Part shown: piece after piece, positions 17,345 through 28,650 of the stretch | Layout of the letters: every line of letters begins with the position of its first letter | Position numbering within the stretch: position 1 is the first letter of the stretch | Source: an uncultured virus (IMG/VR IMGVR_UViG_3300011855_000048) | Lineage: Duplodnaviria > Heunggongvirae > Uroviricota > Caudoviricetes | Length of the DNA stretch: 64,000 nt | IMG/VR virus record: IMGVR_UViG_3300011855_000048 | Coordinates: 1-64,000 of that record | Strand: one strand, 5' to 3' | Position numbers and translations under genes: made by a program | The notes under the pieces: generated by a model | Database searches by the model: none | What the model was told of the DNA's origin: nothing | What the model saw: the letters and a program-made list of their open reading frames with translations, nothing else

Positions 17345-17672
17345 ATCGTGTGCCTCCTGTAATGCCCTCTGCGGCCAGCATCATGGCGTCATCGTCCTGC
17401 ACCTGCCCGACTGCCTCAGCAGTTGGCGACAGCAGACTGAAGTGTGCAGGGGTTATGTCCGGATCCCGGTATAGAAAAGTGGAAATGGTGTAAAGCAGCC
17501 CGGAGAAATGTGCGTCGAGCTGCGCGTCCTGGAAATAACGCTCCCGATAAAAATGATGCCAGTCGCCCAGCTCGGAGGACGTCATGCCAGCCAGCATGGC
17601 GCGCCAGTCGGGTCGACCAAACTCGCGCGCCAGTTTCAGGACAAACTCACGCTCACTGGCTAAGGCTTTTCC
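17328..17672 (-). CDS. T: Tail assembly chaperone T (made as G-T by -1 frameshift)
   Basis: The -1 frame after GGAAAAG reads KALASEREFVLKLAREFGRPDWRAMLAGM, resembling lambda gpT. Confidence 0.85.
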   Translation of the reverse strand, partial: GKALASEREFVLKLAREFGRPDWRAMLAGMTSSELGDWHHFYRERYFQDAQLDAHFSGLLYTISTFLYRDPDITPAHFSLLSPTAEAVGQVQDDDAMMLAAEGITGGTRYGPAD

Positions 17673-18082
17673 GCGGTCACGGGCTCATCAACCGGTACAG
17701 TGTTATCAATACTCTCCGTCTCTATCACTTCATCTAAGACCGGTGGCAACATGCCGGACAGTAGCTGGATTTGCATTTGAGCCTTGCCAATGGCTTCCGG
17801 TGGCCACGAGCGGAGTACCTGTTGCTGCAGCTCTTCTTCTGATGGCCCTGACGGATCGTTATGCCAAAGCGACAGCGCAATGAGCAGCGCGCCTGTGCGA
17901 ATATCCATATTGATGAGTCGGGCATTGACCTCCTGCTCACTCAGCTCATCCACGTCAACGCTAAGGTCCTTCTCTTCACGAGCCAGGTATTCGAGATAGC
18001 TGATGCGCTGTAACGCAGACAGCTCGCTAATCTGCGTCCTGACGCCGTTGTGCTCAAACTCTTCTTTTTTGAGAAAATCCAT
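17660..18082 (-). CDS. G: Tail assembly chaperone G
   Basis: FLKKEEF..SELSALQRISYL motif; lies between V and T. Confidence 0.9.
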   Translation of the reverse strand: MDFLKKEEFEHNGVRTQISELSALQRISYLEYLAREEKDLSVDVDELSEQEVNARLINMDIRTGALLIALSLWHNDPSGPSEEELQQQVLRSWPPEAIGKAQMQIQLLSGMLPPVLDEVIETESIDNTVPVDEPVTAEKP

Positions 18083-18092
18083 CTGATTATCC

Positions 18093-18836
18093 TTACGCCG
18101 CCGTTACGGTAACTTTGCAGGTTGCGATAAAGCTGCCGTCATTGCTCATGACAACGACATCAACCGTACCTGCAGCCACGCCGGTGACAATGACCGATTT
18201 TCCACTCACCACCACCGTCGCTTTCGAGCTATCAGAGGCCGCGGCCCGGAACGATTGGTCCGAGGCGCTTGCTGGCGTGACGCTGATATTGAGAGTCGTG
18301 GTGGCGCCGACGGCCACGCTTGCTGTAGCCTTATCCAGCTTGATACCGGTGACGGCGATAGCCGGGGAGTCGCTCTCTTCCGCCAGCTCAGGCTTACCGG
18401 TGTTGGTAATTTTGGCGGTGCGGGTGATCACCTCCTTCGCAGGAACGGCTTTACCCAGACTGCTGCACCATCCTTTAAAAACATCCACGGTACCGTTGGG
18501 GTACTTGATTTTGTAAGCCTTCACGGTGCCATCAACAAACCAGGCTACCAGCGATTTTTGCCCGTCCTCTCCGGGCTTCCATGCCAGCGTCAGCGACGTA
18601 TCTCCTGCTGATTTTGCCCCCTGGGCCGTCGCCGTCCAGTCAGCGTCATCGTCGTCCAGGTAGGTGTCGTCATACGACTCGGCCGTCATTTCGCCCGGTG
18701 TCAGCTCCTTAATCTTTGCCAGACGCTGCCAGTCGGCATCGGACAATGGATTTGCATACGGGTTGCCCGTGCCGGTATACAGCCAGAGCGTTGTGCCGGC
18801 GCCCTTTACGGGAGCCATGGGATTCGGTGTAGGCAT
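18093..18836 (-). CDS. V: Major tail tube protein V with C-terminal Ig-like domain
   Basis: [12 protein letters not shown] and [17 protein letters not shown] motifs. Confidence 0.95.
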   Translation of the reverse strand: MPTPNPMAPVKGAGTTLWLYTGTGNPYANPLSDADWQRLAKIKELTPGEMTAESYDDTYLDDDDADWTATAQGAKSAGDTSLTLAWKPGEDGQKSLVAWFVDGTVKAYKIKYPNGTVDVFKGWCSSLGKAVPAKEVITRTAKITNTGKPELAEESDSPAIAVTGIKLDKATASVAVGATTTLNISVTPASASDQSFRAAASDSSKATVVVSGKSVIVTGVAAGTVDVVVMSNDGSFIATCKVTVTAA

Positions 18837-18843
18837 TTTGTCC

Positions 18844-19242
18844 TCACATTTCGTAATTAATTGAGTACTTCAGATCGGCTGAGCTCCACAGCGCCAGGCT
18901 GTCGTCCCGTTGATATTCATAGCCCTGCGGGACCATTACAGTAATAAGGTTGCTTAGTGCCGGAATATCCGATATTGCGGGGTAGATGCGTGTTTCCACC
19001 CACTTATCAAGTTCAGAGTCAGGAACCTGAGCAGGCAGAAATATTTCTATATGAAGCGTCGCCTGCCAGGTATCGCTGTCGAGCTCCTCTCCGGTATATT
19101 CCGCATCAGATAAGTAAACTGCGATGGCCGGGAAATCCTCTTCCTCAATAACAGCTGGACGGCCATCGAAATAAATGACACCAACCCCGACAGCGCTTTC
19201 CAGCGCATCGATAACAGCAGAGCGTATTTCGGTATGTTTCAT
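18844..19242 (-). CDS. U: Tail terminator U
   Basis: [10 protein letters not shown] and [13 protein letters not shown] motifs. Confidence 0.93.
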   Translation of the reverse strand: MKHTEIRSAVIDALESAVGVGVIYFDGRPAVIEEEDFPAIAVYLSDAEYTGEELDSDTWQATLHIEIFLPAQVPDSELDKWVETRIYPAISDIPALSNLITVMVPQGYEYQRDDSLALWSSADLKYSINYEM

Positions 19243-19820
19243 CGCTTAAAATACAGCCTCAGTTGCTGCCGCAGCGCGGCAGTGAGTTGTTTCGGCATAT
19301 CCTCGTCCAACATGCGTTTTTTCTCCTGCTCAAAAGCTGCCGTCAGCGGTTCGACCAGGGGAACCTTCACAACGTCGATGGGATATCGGCTTTTGCCATT
19401 TACGCGCCGCATAATCTGCCAGCGGCCGTTAGCCAGCTGCTGCAGGAAGGCATCTCGGAAAAGATATTTCCCGACCTTCAGGACGCTGCCCTTCTTCAAA
19501 AGCCGTCCTTTTTTCCTTGTTAGCCTGACCTGTACCGCCCCCAGTTTCTTGGCGGGCAGATTTCCGCGATTAACCCGGATCATGCATTTTTTCCCGGAGG
19601 TCGACGCTTTGCTGAGCCTGACGCGCTGTCTGATGATCCGGACAGGTAATCCCTTGACCCGGTTATCTCCTGCAACTGCCTCGCGGGCTACCACCCGGAC
19701 AGCGCGCGATATTGCCGACGCTGCAACCCTGTTGATGGCCCAGACGCTGGCATTGGGAACCATATTCCGGTCAAGACTGTTCAGGTTGGCGATGACTTGC
19801 TCCAGCCCCTTTAACCCCAT
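19239..19820 (-). CDS. Z: Tail protein Z
   Basis: KGLEQ, VNRGNLPA and RYPIDVVKVP motifs; basic. Confidence 0.9.
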   Translation of the reverse strand: MGLKGLEQVIANLNSLDRNMVPNASVWAINRVAASAISRAVRVVAREAVAGDNRVKGLPVRIIRQRVRLSKASTSGKKCMIRVNRGNLPAKKLGAVQVRLTRKKGRLLKKGSVLKVGKYLFRDAFLQQLANGRWQIMRRVNGKSRYPIDVVKVPLVEPLTAAFEQEKKRMLDEDMPKQLTAALRQQLRLYFKR

Positions 19821-19828
19821 GAAACCTC

Positions 19829-20182
19829 CTATCGTCGGCGGGTACTGGCCGGCGGCAAGCCGCGACCAAGCCACACATAGCAGGAGCCGCAGTCATCTGG
19901 CGTGATTCGTTCCACCCAGAATGGCTCGTTGAAAATCGTTATCGTGTCCATGCGCCGCAGGCTTCTGATACGGGCTGTTTCGACGAATAGTGAGGGGCTT
20001 GCGCCCTCTACCCGCACGCCGTCACCGGCATAACCGATGTTTTCCGGATCGTCGAATACTCCACTGACCACACCACCAGCCAGCAAACCCGAGGTGATAT
20101 GCGCTTCAACCCCCATTACATTGCGGATAGTGCTATCAGCGCGGGCAATAGCTGCATCAAAAATATTGTCGAATTCAACCAC
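19829..20182 (-). CDS. FII: Head-tail joining protein FII
   Basis: FDNIFDAAIARAD and GVFDDPE motifs. Confidence 0.9.
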   Translation of the reverse strand: MVEFDNIFDAAIARADSTIRNVMGVEAHITSGLLAGGVVSGVFDDPENIGYAGDGVRVEGASPSLFVETARIRSLRRMDTITIFNEPFWVERITPDDCGSCYVWLGRGLPPASTRRR

Positions 20183-20193
20183 AGCGCCCCCCG

Positions 20194-20580
20194 CTAAAGG
20201 AGAATAGCCAGCTTGCGCGCGACTAATTCATCGGCATCGGCAGGTGATACCCGGACAATTAGACCAGTTTCAACCAGTGACGTCGGCTCATCATGGCATT
20301 CGTGCCAGGCGTCAACATGCAGGGTGTAAAGGGTCTTAACCCTGACACGCTCTTCTTTATCGCCAGATTTTGACACTGTGTCGGCAGCTGGTCCGTTAGC
20401 TTCCCCACCAGCCTGATCTTCTTCACCCCTATCCGGGTCATCGTCTGCCGCATCCCCAATCTCCTCCTCCAGCTCAGCAACTCGCATCGCCAGATCTTCT
20501 TTGGAGCCTGTCAGATTGACATCACGACCCAGCTGTTCCGCCAGCGCTTTCAGCCGCGCAATCAGTTCTTCTTTGGTCAT
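20194..20580 (-). CDS. FI: DNA packaging protein FI
   Basis: MTKEELIARLKALAEQLGRDVNLTGSKEDLAMRVAE start. Confidence 0.88.
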   Translation of the reverse strand: MTKEELIARLKALAEQLGRDVNLTGSKEDLAMRVAELEEEIGDAADDDPDRGEEDQAGGEANGPAADTVSKSGDKEERVRVKTLYTLHVDAWHECHDEPTSLVETGLIVRVSPADADELVARKLAILL

Positions 20581-20632
20581 AAATAACTTCCTCTCAGAAA
20601 GAAAAAACGGCCCTGCTGGGCCGAAGTCGGGA

Positions 20633-21658
20633 TTATGCCAGTTTGACCGTGACAAACTGGTCCGGGTCAGCGAGAAGCATTAGCGGGGCCGACTGGATCA
20701 TGGTGAACTCTCGGGCAGGATCACCCGTTTGTACCCAGTTTTTGGGGTAACGGGTCGACGCATTAATACCTTCGCGCTGTGCATCCACATCCTGAATACA
20801 GCCGTAGGTGCGAAGACCGCGGGCCTGGGTATTGCCCAGCACCATGGTCAGATCAGGCATGTAATTCTTTTTCGCACCAGCCTCAACGTACTGGCCCGAA
20901 TAAACTACGATGGCCACGTCGCCATACATGCCTTTGTAAGAAACGGCCTCACCCAGATCTTTCAATGCCGTTTCCAGCTCGGAGTTAGAGCCGCGACGCG
21001 TATCCAGCTTCTCTTTTACCGCCTTAAACGAACGGAATAACGCCCAGCCCTTAGCATCGAAAACGATAATGTTGACCACGCCGCTGGCATTAATCGAATA
21101 GGCTTCAATGTCATCGGTTGGGTCGTACGTTTCTTTGTCACGGCTCGACCAACCGGCAGCCCCTGCCTGAATGATGTTGTTGCCAGCGCTGCGGCCCATA
21201 TCCACTTCAACAGGCTCGAAGGCTTCGCCGGTCATCGTGTACTTCCCGTTGAGAACAGCTGAGACCGCCTGCATTTCTTCAACCTGCGCGATCGCCAGCT
21301 CTTCATCTTTCATGTTCTGAAGGATGATTCGGCGGCGGCGGTATGCGGGGTCGGCAAGTTTCTGCGGATCTTCATCTGGCAGGCGGCGCAGGGTCATCTG
21401 CGGATTGACCTCATGCTTCGGTTTGACGTAACCCGGGGTAAATTCGGAGGTTGCGCCCCCGCGGCTGCGGATGACCTTGCCGGAGACAATAGGCGAGACA
21501 TAAAGCGCCATGTTGACCAGCCCGGGGATCTGGGACAGATAAACCTTCTCAGTGGTGAAAGGGTAGCTCTCGCGAAAGAAGATCCGCAGAAACAGCGGGT
21601 CAAACTTGAACTTCTTCTCATTAACCGCCAGCAGCTGAGCAGTCGTGTAAATTGACAT
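20633..21658 (-). CDS. E: Major capsid protein E (lambda type)
   Basis: 341 aa, MSIYTTAQLLAVNEKKFKFDPLFLRIFFRESYPF; closely resembles lambda gpE. Confidence 0.97.
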   Translation of the reverse strand: MSIYTTAQLLAVNEKKFKFDPLFLRIFFRESYPFTTEKVYLSQIPGLVNMALYVSPIVSGKVIRSRGGATSEFTPGYVKPKHEVNPQMTLRRLPDEDPQKLADPAYRRRRIILQNMKDEELAIAQVEEMQAVSAVLNGKYTMTGEAFEPVEVDMGRSAGNNIIQAGAAGWSSRDKETYDPTDDIEAYSINASGVVNIIVFDAKGWALFRSFKAVKEKLDTRRGSNSELETALKDLGEAVSYKGMYGDVAIVVYSGQYVEAGAKKNYMPDLTMVLGNTQARGLRTYGCIQDVDAQREGINASTRYPKNWVQTGDPAREFTMIQSAPLMLLADPDQFVTVKLA

Positions 21659-21734
21659 AGATTTTTCCCGTAAAAAAAGCCGCTGCAGCGGCTCGGATGA
21701 AAGGTTGTGGATTTACTTTAAGGTCATGGCCGGT

Positions 21735-22067
21735 TTAAACGATGCTAATGGCCGTACCGGAAAACGCATTGCGCTTAATGCCTTCGTCGGTGATAGCATC
21801 CGGCCAGGCAACATCCTCGATGCGAAAGGAACCGGACTTGAAGAACGTGAGTTCCTGACTGTTCTGGTCGGCACTAATGGCCAGAATGCCGCTCGCAGCA
21901 CCAGCATGTTCGCCATCCCAGGCCACCAGCTTGCCTGACGTGGCATCGAGCATCAGCGGCGTCATCGCTGGTGTTGCTGCCGCCAGAGCGCCGGCGCCGT
22001 AAGCGGTATGCGCCGGGTCGCTATTACCCAGCGGTTGATGGTGAGTGAAAGTTTCTACGTTAGCCAT
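21735..22067 (-). CDS. D: Head decoration protein D
   Basis: [21 protein letters not shown] motif. Confidence 0.95.
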   Translation of the reverse strand: MANVETFTHHQPLGNSDPAHTAYGAGALAAATPAMTPLMLDATSGKLVAWDGEHAGAASGILAISADQNSQELTFFKSGSFRIEDVAWPDAITDEGIKRNAFSGTAISIV

Positions 22068-22076
22068 GTGAGCCTC

Positions 22077-23417
22077 TTAAACCGGAGTGTTCAACAGATC
22101 GTCGGCTTCATCAGACGACGGAGTATTAGCGGACAGCGCACCAGGCGCAGATTCCATCTGCCTGTCCAGCGCCGTTTCGCTGCGCGCCTGGGCACTTTGA
22201 GGAGCAGCCGCAAGAATGCGCTGAGCAGTTTCAACGGTCATCCCGGGCGTTTCGGCCAGCGCGCGGGCCTGGGCCTCGCGACCCTGGGCCTCCTCGCAAT
22301 TGAGGATCCCCATAATTCGGCCGTTCTCTGCCGCCACCGCAGCGTTAATCTGCTCAGCAACGTCGGGAGCCTGCTGCGTAAGAGGTGCGGTAGGTTGCGT
22401 GGCAACAATCTCGTTGTTGGCCGGAGAGGAATCACTGGTTGCCACAACGGGTTGATTAATTGCCGCAGACGCAGCGTTAGGTTTATTCATGCTTCCTCCA
22501 TAATGGATAGTATTTTTCATATCCAACGCCTCACGCATTACGTCGATCGCGTCAGTATTGTTTACGAGTTCGTCTGCCAGCCCACTGTCGACAGACTCCT
22601 GACCAGAGAAAACGGCCGCTTCGGTATCAAGCACCGCCTGAACGGACATTCCGGTGTAACTCGCGACTTTTTCAGCAAACATCTGCCGGGTAGCGTCGAT
22701 ACGCGCCTGGAATGCCTCACGTACATCCTTCGGCAATTTCTCGTAAGGGTTGCCATCAACCTTATGCTCACCGCTATAAATCAGCGTGACTTCCACACCT
22801 TGCGATTTCAGGACCTGCCCATAGTTGCTGTGCGCCATCATGACGCCAATGGAGCCTGTTCGTGCAGTTTGCGTTACCAGCCTGCGCGATGCGGCACTGG
22901 CAATGAGCTGCCCGGCGCTGCAGTTCATGTCATTCGCCAGCGCCCAGATAGGTTTTTTATCGCGAGCCCTGGCGATTATGTCAGCGCAGTCGAATGCCCC
23001 CGCCACCATCCCCCCAGGCGTATCCAGATCCAGCAGAATGCCGTCAACTTCCGGATCACTAATGGCCTGCTGCAGGCGGGCAATCACTCCGTTGTATCCG
23101 GTCATACCAGAATAAGGCTGCAGCGAGCGGGTTTTACTGACCAGCGTGCCGGCGACCGGAAGCACAGCTATACCTTTTTCCACCTGGTAACCTCGTACCG
23201 GACGTGGCCCCGCCTCATCATTACCGAACAGCATCAGCGGCTCCGCCATTTGCTCAGCATCCAGCGTGGTACCCGATACAGTGTCAGTCAGCCGGGTGAT
23301 GCCAAGCTGCCCGGCCAGCGCGCAAAAGAAAACCCGCGCGTAGGCGGGTTCCAGCAGCAGTGGTTCGTTGAATGCCATACTGGCAATGTGCGGGAGATTA
23401 CGCAGCTCGGGCGTCAT
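22077..23417 (-). CDS. C: Capsid protease C (S49); nested scaffold Nu3 likely starts at 22490
   Basis: LDLDTPGG, CSAGQLIAS and TGSIGV motifs; in-frame internal ATG at 22490 preceded by GGAGG. Confidence 0.93.
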   Translation of the reverse strand: MTPELRNLPHIASMAFNEPLLLEPAYARVFFCALAGQLGITRLTDTVSGTTLDAEQMAEPLMLFGNDEAGPRPVRGYQVEKGIAVLPVAGTLVSKTRSLQPYSGMTGYNGVIARLQQAISDPEVDGILLDLDTPGGMVAGAFDCADIIARARDKKPIWALANDMNCSAGQLIASAASRRLVTQTARTGSIGVMMAHSNYGQVLKSQGVEVTLIYSGEHKVDGNPYEKLPKDVREAFQARIDATRQMFAEKVASYTGMSVQAVLDTEAAVFSGQESVDSGLADELVNNTDAIDVMREALDMKNTIHYGGSMNKPNAASAAINQPVVATSDSSPANNEIVATQPTAPLTQQAPDVAEQINAAVAAENGRIMGILNCEEAQGREAQARALAETPGMTVETAQRILAAAPQSAQARSETALDRQMESAPGALSANTPSSDEADDLLNTPV

Positions 23418-24990
23418 CGTTATCCTCCTGAGTTGATTTATTCAGCCCTGACTCGAAGGCAGCGGCCGCCCATGCAGGTGGTGTGAGTCCGGCTTCACGC
23501 CGCTCCATGCTCTCCCGCACCTGCTGCGCGAAGATTTCCTGATAATCATCCCCTCGCTTGGCGCACTCCTTCTCATAAGTGCTGAGTCCGGCTTCGATCA
23601 ACATGACCGCTTCCTGCACCTCCTTCAGACCATCTATCGCCATACGCCCGGCGCCGATCCAGTCACAGTTCCCCCAGGCACTTTTGGCCTCCTGAAAAGA
23701 GAACCGTGCCTTAGAGGGGAGCGTGACAACCCGCCGGACTATCGCCTCCTCCAGCCAACAGAGAAACATCTGGCAGGCCTGGCGCGAAGCCACCAGCTTC
23801 CGGCGGCCCATGAAATACGCCCAGGATTCATTAGCACTGGCGCGTGCCGTGGAATAGCTCATCTGGGAGTAGTTTCGTGACAACTGTTCGTAGGAAACCC
23901 CGAGCCCTGCCGCGATGTAGCGCAAGAGGGATTGCTCGAAAGTCGAATACCCGTTGTCCGTATCCTGCGCAGACTGAAGATTGAGGGAATCTCCCGGCAT
24001 AAGGTGGGGAACTTTGGCCCCACCCAGGCGCACCGGCGCCGCCGAGTAGTAAGAGGCAATTTCCCCTATCCAGCCGGTCAGCTTGCCTATCTGCTCCTTA
24101 TTGTCAGACCCGAGAATGAAATCCATCGCAGTCTGAGTGTCCATCTCACTTTCAATAGTGGCCGCGTACATTGCTTTGACGATCGCACTCTGAAGCTGCG
24201 TATTTTGCAGGGTATCGAGCATTTTCATCTGCTCCATCACGCTGTAAAACACGTTGGCCCCCCGGGTTTGCCCATCCTCTAATGGCTCAAACACATGAAT
24301 AAATGACGGGCGCCCGCCTGGAAGTTCCCGCGGTATGTATGTCCAGGATTGAGGCATCCAGCCAGGATAACCGTCCTCGCTGACGTAATATCCCAGCGCA
24401 GCACCGGCATCATTCACCTTCACACCAGCCCGGCAATTGCGTGAGTCACCGATGTTACCGGGGTTGCTGACCCGTTTAGGGCTGACCATCTTGAACTGGG
24501 TCCGAAACAGCCGGGAGGCACCTGTGTCCCAGGTTGCCTGGACGCAAAGCTCACCATTAAAGGCGTGCATCGCCACGCCCTCTCTGATCATCATCGTGAA
24601 AGTGCGCTTTCGCTCAACATCTATACAGCAGCAGTCATCCTCTGCGAACTCTTTCCAGGCTGCCTCCACCTCGCGCGAGAATGCTCTGGCTTCCTCTTCA
24701 CTAATGCCAAGAAAGCGCCAGCTCGGCCTGTGGCTCAACCGGAAGAAAGAGCCAACGATATGATCCTGATGAAGCTGAACGGCGTTGGCTGCATAGCCAT
24801 TGTTTCTCACCAAATCATCAGCGCGGGCATTTCCCCGGGCATAGTTCGGCAACAGCGCAGCATCTGCACTTTCACTTGGTGGGTTCCACGCCCGCAGCTG
24901 CCCGCCGAAGCCACCAGCGCCGCCGTGATAACCGGCATACTCCCGCAGGCCGGTTTTACCGTCGGGCCCCAACAATTCTGGTGTTTTCAT
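23398..24990 (-). CDS. B: Portal protein B (lambda family)
   Basis: 530 aa; [17 protein letters not shown] and SYSTARAS motifs. Confidence 0.96.
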   Translation of the reverse strand: MKTPELLGPDGKTGLREYAGYHGGAGGFGGQLRAWNPPSESADAALLPNYARGNARADDLVRNNGYAANAVQLHQDHIVGSFFRLSHRPSWRFLGISEEEARAFSREVEAAWKEFAEDDCCCIDVERKRTFTMMIREGVAMHAFNGELCVQATWDTGASRLFRTQFKMVSPKRVSNPGNIGDSRNCRAGVKVNDAGAALGYYVSEDGYPGWMPQSWTYIPRELPGGRPSFIHVFEPLEDGQTRGANVFYSVMEQMKMLDTLQNTQLQSAIVKAMYAATIESEMDTQTAMDFILGSDNKEQIGKLTGWIGEIASYYSAAPVRLGGAKVPHLMPGDSLNLQSAQDTDNGYSTFEQSLLRYIAAGLGVSYEQLSRNYSQMSYSTARASANESWAYFMGRRKLVASRQACQMFLCWLEEAIVRRVVTLPSKARFSFQEAKSAWGNCDWIGAGRMAIDGLKEVQEAVMLIEAGLSTYEKECAKRGDDYQEIFAQQVRESMERREAGLTPPAWAAAAFESGLNKSTQEDNDDARAA

Positions 24991-25193
24991 GCATAGAACC
25001 CCGCCGGTCCCCGGCGCCGTGAAATGGTTCCGATCTGAGATTCCAGATCGGCAATGTACTTTTTCAGGTCGCTGACGGAGGTGGCGGTAAACTCCACCCG
25101 GCGACCGTCTTTTTGTACCGTCGCAACACGCTTACCTGTCATCAGCTCATGTAAGGCAGCGCGCGCCGCGTCGAGATCGGCCTGTGTCGCCAT
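24987..25193 (-). CDS. W: Head-tail joining protein W
   Basis: [23 protein letters not shown] motif. Confidence 0.95.
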   Translation of the reverse strand: MATQADLDAARAALHELMTGKRVATVQKDGRRVEFTATSVSDLKKYIADLESQIGTISRRRGPAGFYA

Positions 25194-27115
25194 TATTCAT
25201 CTCCTGCTAATTCCCTGGCGTAATCCGCCAGCGTCTTGTTATTTTTTCGGGTTGCTTCCTCCTCCAGCAGACTCGCCAGAAGAGACTCGAGGTTCAGCTG
25301 CCAGCGGGAGATGCTGATCCGCAGCGCCGCCAGGGCATAAACGAAACAGTCGAGCGCCTCATTACGCCGCTTTTTACTGTCCCAGACGATCTTCCGCTTG
25401 CCATCAGTCCATTTCTCAACCTGCTCTTCGGCCGTCAGCTGCTGGGCTTCAGCAAGATCGTAAACATCAGGGTTATTAGGAAAATGCACTGCGCCTGGTA
25501 ACGGTTCGTCTCCATCGGCGACCAGTGAAAACCTGTTGTAAATCTGCTCTTTCGCAGTGTCCGTACCCACCTCAGTGAGATACACACCATTTTTATTTCG
25601 CTTGCGTGGCATATTCGCCACCGGCTTGCCATAAATGGATGCTCCCTTAATCGGGATCACACGAAACAGCCCGTGCTTTTTTGAACGGTTGTAAACGATG
25701 GTGGGATCAATACCGCCGATATCCCAGCAAATACGGGAGACAGACATTTCAGCGCCATTCCGGCGGGCATAAACCTTATTTATCGCCTCATCAACCCTGA
25801 GGAGAGTCTCTTCGTCGTCATGGCGGCCCATTATGATCTGTCTGTCTATCAGCCAGCTCTCTTCACCCGGCCCCCAGCCCCAGACGCGCATTTCATAGCG
25901 GTCCAACTGGGAGTCAATGCCGGCGGTGAGGTAGGCAACGCGTTCAGGAACGGCGGCAGCGAAATGTTCTTTACGCTCCGCCATCACTTCAGCATCAGGG
26001 CGCTCGCCCAGCTTAGGTTCCCAGGTTTCCCCAAGGGTGGTATTAACGAAGGTCTTACGCTTCCCTGTATCACCTTTAGTTTTGAGCCAGTCTTTTACGA
26101 TCTGCACCCAGGTGGTGAAGGGACTATACGCAGTCCAGATATGGAACGTGACGCTGTCAGGGGGGTCTATTTCTGCCCCGGTCGATGAATACCATTCCAG
26201 ACCATCGCGGGTCCAGATCCCGGTTTTCTCGCAGATGTACCTTGCTTCGCTGAAATCAAGTTCCTGTTGCCTGATCACACAACCGTTATGTTCACAGAGA
26301 TAATAAACACTGGAGGGATCGTCCGGGTGCCACTTAAGACCGAACGGCGTTTCTTTATCTCCAAACTTCAGATACTGCTCTTCACCGCAGTGCGGGCAGA
26401 GAACGTGAAAGCGCATAAAATGAGGCGACTCGCTGGCTGCGCGTTCAATCTGACAGGTCCCCCTCACCTTAGGAGTGGATCCGCGAATAGATTTAGGCCA
26501 GACCGACCCTTCTATACGCTTGTCGCCGAGGAAGGTTGGAGATCCCTCCTTTTCAATATCCTCATCGAACGCGGCCAGTTCGTCGTAACCGGCAACATCT
26601 ACCGATTTTTCACGGTAGTTTTTGGCGGCCTTACCGCCCAGGCACCAGAAACCGCGCCCATTCGAGAAACGCTTCATGCTGAGGGTATTGTCACGATGCT
26701 TTTTGCCGTACCAGGGGGCCAGTGATAGTAAAGAGGGAACATCCCTGATTGTCGGCTCAACGTGCGACTTCATGAAGTTTTCTGCATCACCGTCGGTTGG
26801 CAGCCAGATCAGGGAGTTTCTCTGTTTATGCTCGATGAAATAGGCATATACACCGAGCAGCATTTTGGAATAGCCGACGCGCGCGGACTTAACGACATTC
26901 ACCTCGCGAATATAGTCGCTCCCCATGGCATTCATAATGGCCCGCTGAAACGGCAACGTTTCCCAGCGCCCCTCCTGGTATGCAGACTCTTTTGGAAGGT
27001 AATAATATTTGTCAGCCCATTCTACTGGTGTCATGGGTAGCGGGCGGCGCAGGACCAAAAGCCCATCTGAAACAGCGCGAGTCAGATTACTCATCTGTGC
27101 TTCGGTAATATTCAT
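25193..27115 (-). CDS. A: Terminase large subunit A
   Basis: [13 protein letters not shown] and RRNEALDC motifs. Confidence 0.96.
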   Translation of the reverse strand: MNITEAQMSNLTRAVSDGLLVLRRPLPMTPVEWADKYYYLPKESAYQEGRWETLPFQRAIMNAMGSDYIREVNVVKSARVGYSKMLLGVYAYFIEHKQRNSLIWLPTDGDAENFMKSHVEPTIRDVPSLLSLAPWYGKKHRDNTLSMKRFSNGRGFWCLGGKAAKNYREKSVDVAGYDELAAFDEDIEKEGSPTFLGDKRIEGSVWPKSIRGSTPKVRGTCQIERAASESPHFMRFHVLCPHCGEEQYLKFGDKETPFGLKWHPDDPSSVYYLCEHNGCVIRQQELDFSEARYICEKTGIWTRDGLEWYSSTGAEIDPPDSVTFHIWTAYSPFTTWVQIVKDWLKTKGDTGKRKTFVNTTLGETWEPKLGERPDAEVMAERKEHFAAAVPERVAYLTAGIDSQLDRYEMRVWGWGPGEESWLIDRQIIMGRHDDEETLLRVDEAINKVYARRNGAEMSVSRICWDIGGIDPTIVYNRSKKHGLFRVIPIKGASIYGKPVANMPRKRNKNGVYLTEVGTDTAKEQIYNRFSLVADGDEPLPGAVHFPNNPDVYDLAEAQQLTAEEQVEKWTDGKRKIVWDSKKRRNEALDCFVYALAALRISISRWQLNLESLLASLLEEEATRKNNKTLADYARELAGDE

Positions 27116-27593
27116 CAGCAAACTCCGGCATTTTTTCTGCCGACTCAACGCATTTGTTAGCCCCCTTGGCCACCAGCTCTTTGAGGTACATTAGCTGCCT
27201 GTCATTAAAATCGGGAAACCTACGCTGCATCGATAAAGGGATACTATCGAGAACAGAGGCGAGCTCGCCGGCTAAGCGGGATAGTGCAAAAATACAGAAC
27301 CCGGTATCAATAACCCGACGCTCTGCTATCTGATTTTTTAATCGCTGGGCGGTTGCCTGCTCTTCGGTCAGGTCAATACGAGCCTGAAGCAGTCTTGTCT
27401 CAAGTTCGTCATTGTCTTCGGTCGTTTGCTGATTTTGTCGCTGGCGCTGCCGATCTATTTCCAGAACGGTTTTTACGTCGAAGAAGACCTCCCTTCCACG
27501 CCGCTCCACTGGAGGGACACCCCACTTGTCAAACGCCTGGACGGAGATACCAATAGAGGAGGCCATATCACCTTTATTGAGTAAATGGGCCAC
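27087..27593 (-). CDS. Terminase small subunit (Nu1 family, N15-like N-terminus)
   Basis: GTG start with GAGGG RBS; LLNKGDMASSIGISVQAFDKWG winged HTH; LDSIPLSMQRRFP. Confidence 0.9.
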   Translation of the reverse strand: MAHLLNKGDMASSIGISVQAFDKWGVPPVERRGREVFFDVKTVLEIDRQRQRQNQQTTEDNDELETRLLQARIDLTEEQATAQRLKNQIAERRVIDTGFCIFALSRLAGELASVLDSIPLSMQRRFPDFNDRQLMYLKELVAKGANKCVESAEKMPEFADEYYRSTDE

Positions 27594-27787
27594 CCTGCTT
27601 CCCTCCTCAGCAAAAGTCAGCGGCTACGCAAGTGCTATGTAAATTTATGTAAACAAGCCCTCAGACTGGAGCCCCCGGACGGTAGGTTGTTATATCAAAT
27701 CGAAAAAAACCTTTAAAAACAGCATATTGCAAACAACAAAACAACAACTAACCCCCTGAAAAATCTCGTGAATAGCGAAATCCTGCG

Positions 27788-27829
27788 CGGACGTCGCCCC
27801 GTAACGAGTCAGATCCCCGGAAAGGACCC
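27788..27829 (-). other. cos site: cosN cohesive end GGGCGACGTCCG (27788-27799) and cosQ GGGTCCT (27823-27829)
   Basis: Minus strand CGGGTCCTTTCCGG..GTTACG-GGGCGACGTCCG-CGCAGGATTTCGCTATT aligns with the lambda cosQ-cosN-I2 layout; lies upstream of terS. Confidence 0.88.
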
Positions 27830-27845
27830 GAGTCGATAATGATTA

Positions 27846-28265
27846 TCATTCGCTCTTTTCGCCGCCGTCGGCATTCAAAACGCTTTCGGGGATCCGGTTC
27901 TCAAGCGCTTCATTTTCAAACACCTTCAGTCCGTTGAACCCCAGCCAGGTGGTGCCCTGACTGACGTTGCCTGCGATGAACTCCAGCACGTCATTCATCA
28001 GTTGCCCAACTACCGCCTGGGTGTTCTGACGCCAGTAGTTTTCTATGGCTACCAGCAGCGGGTCCGAGCCGTCTTTGATGCTCTGCTCGCCTACGACATA
28101 GGTCTTCACCTTTGCCTTATCAGTGACGCAGAGCAGCTGCGAGGTCTGCACAGCGGTGGCAGCAGGGCCATTAACCTGCACCGTGATAGCTGCAGTTTTG
28201 CTGCCGTCATCATTGGTACTGGAGGCATAGAACATCGAGATGGTCAGGTCATTACGATTAAACAT
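27846..28265 (-). CDS. Hypothetical phage protein
   Basis: 139-aa ORF overlapping the upstream gene in the late operon. Confidence 0.75.
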   Translation of the reverse strand: MFNRNDLTISMFYASSTNDDGSKTAAITVQVNGPAATAVQTSQLLCVTDKAKVKTYVVGEQSIKDGSDPLLVAIENYWRQNTQAVVGQLMNDVLEFIAGNVSQGTTWLGFNGLKVFENEALENRIPESVLNADGGEKSE

Positions 28266-28590
28266 TGCTGTTACTCCGATTGCGTTTGTGGCGATGACGG
28301 CGCAGCTTGCGAGGCGGTTGCACGGCGGCGGGCATCAGCTCCCCCTCTTTCGCCGTCGCATTTTCTATCACTGCCGGCGTTGGCTCCGACGCCGAGGGAG
28401 GCTCAGGTGATACCTCTTTCAGGGCCTCATGCTGTTCGCCGCCCTCTTCAACTTCAATTTTAAAATAGGGGTTATGGTTCTTTTCGTGCCGGAAATGCAG
28501 TGCAGATAGTGGCAGATCCATATATGACCTGCCGTTGTGTTCTACTGCTACCAGCGCGCCGTTGATATATTCAATTTTTAAACTGTCCAT
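28258..28590 (-). CDS. Hypothetical phage protein with basic C-terminus
   Basis: 110-aa ORF with AGGTG RBS. Confidence 0.7.
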   Translation of the reverse strand: MDSLKIEYINGALVAVEHNGRSYMDLPLSALHFRHEKNHNPYFKIEVEEGGEQHEALKEVSPEPPSASEPTPAVIENATAKEGELMPAAVQPPRKLRRHRHKRNRSNSNV

Positions 28591-28604
28591 TATCTTTCAC
28601 CTAT

Positions 28605-28630
28605 AAAAAAACCACCAAATGGTGGTTTTT
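28605..28630. terminator. Bidirectional-type intrinsic terminator
   Basis: AAAAAAACCACC-AAAT-GGTGGTTTTT. Confidence 0.75.
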
Positions 28631-28650
28631 AACTGTAATAAAATTATTAA

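Noticed and set aside
22008..23486. 492-aa plus-strand ORF
   Set aside because: Antisense shadow of the capsid protease gene; no recognisable motifs.
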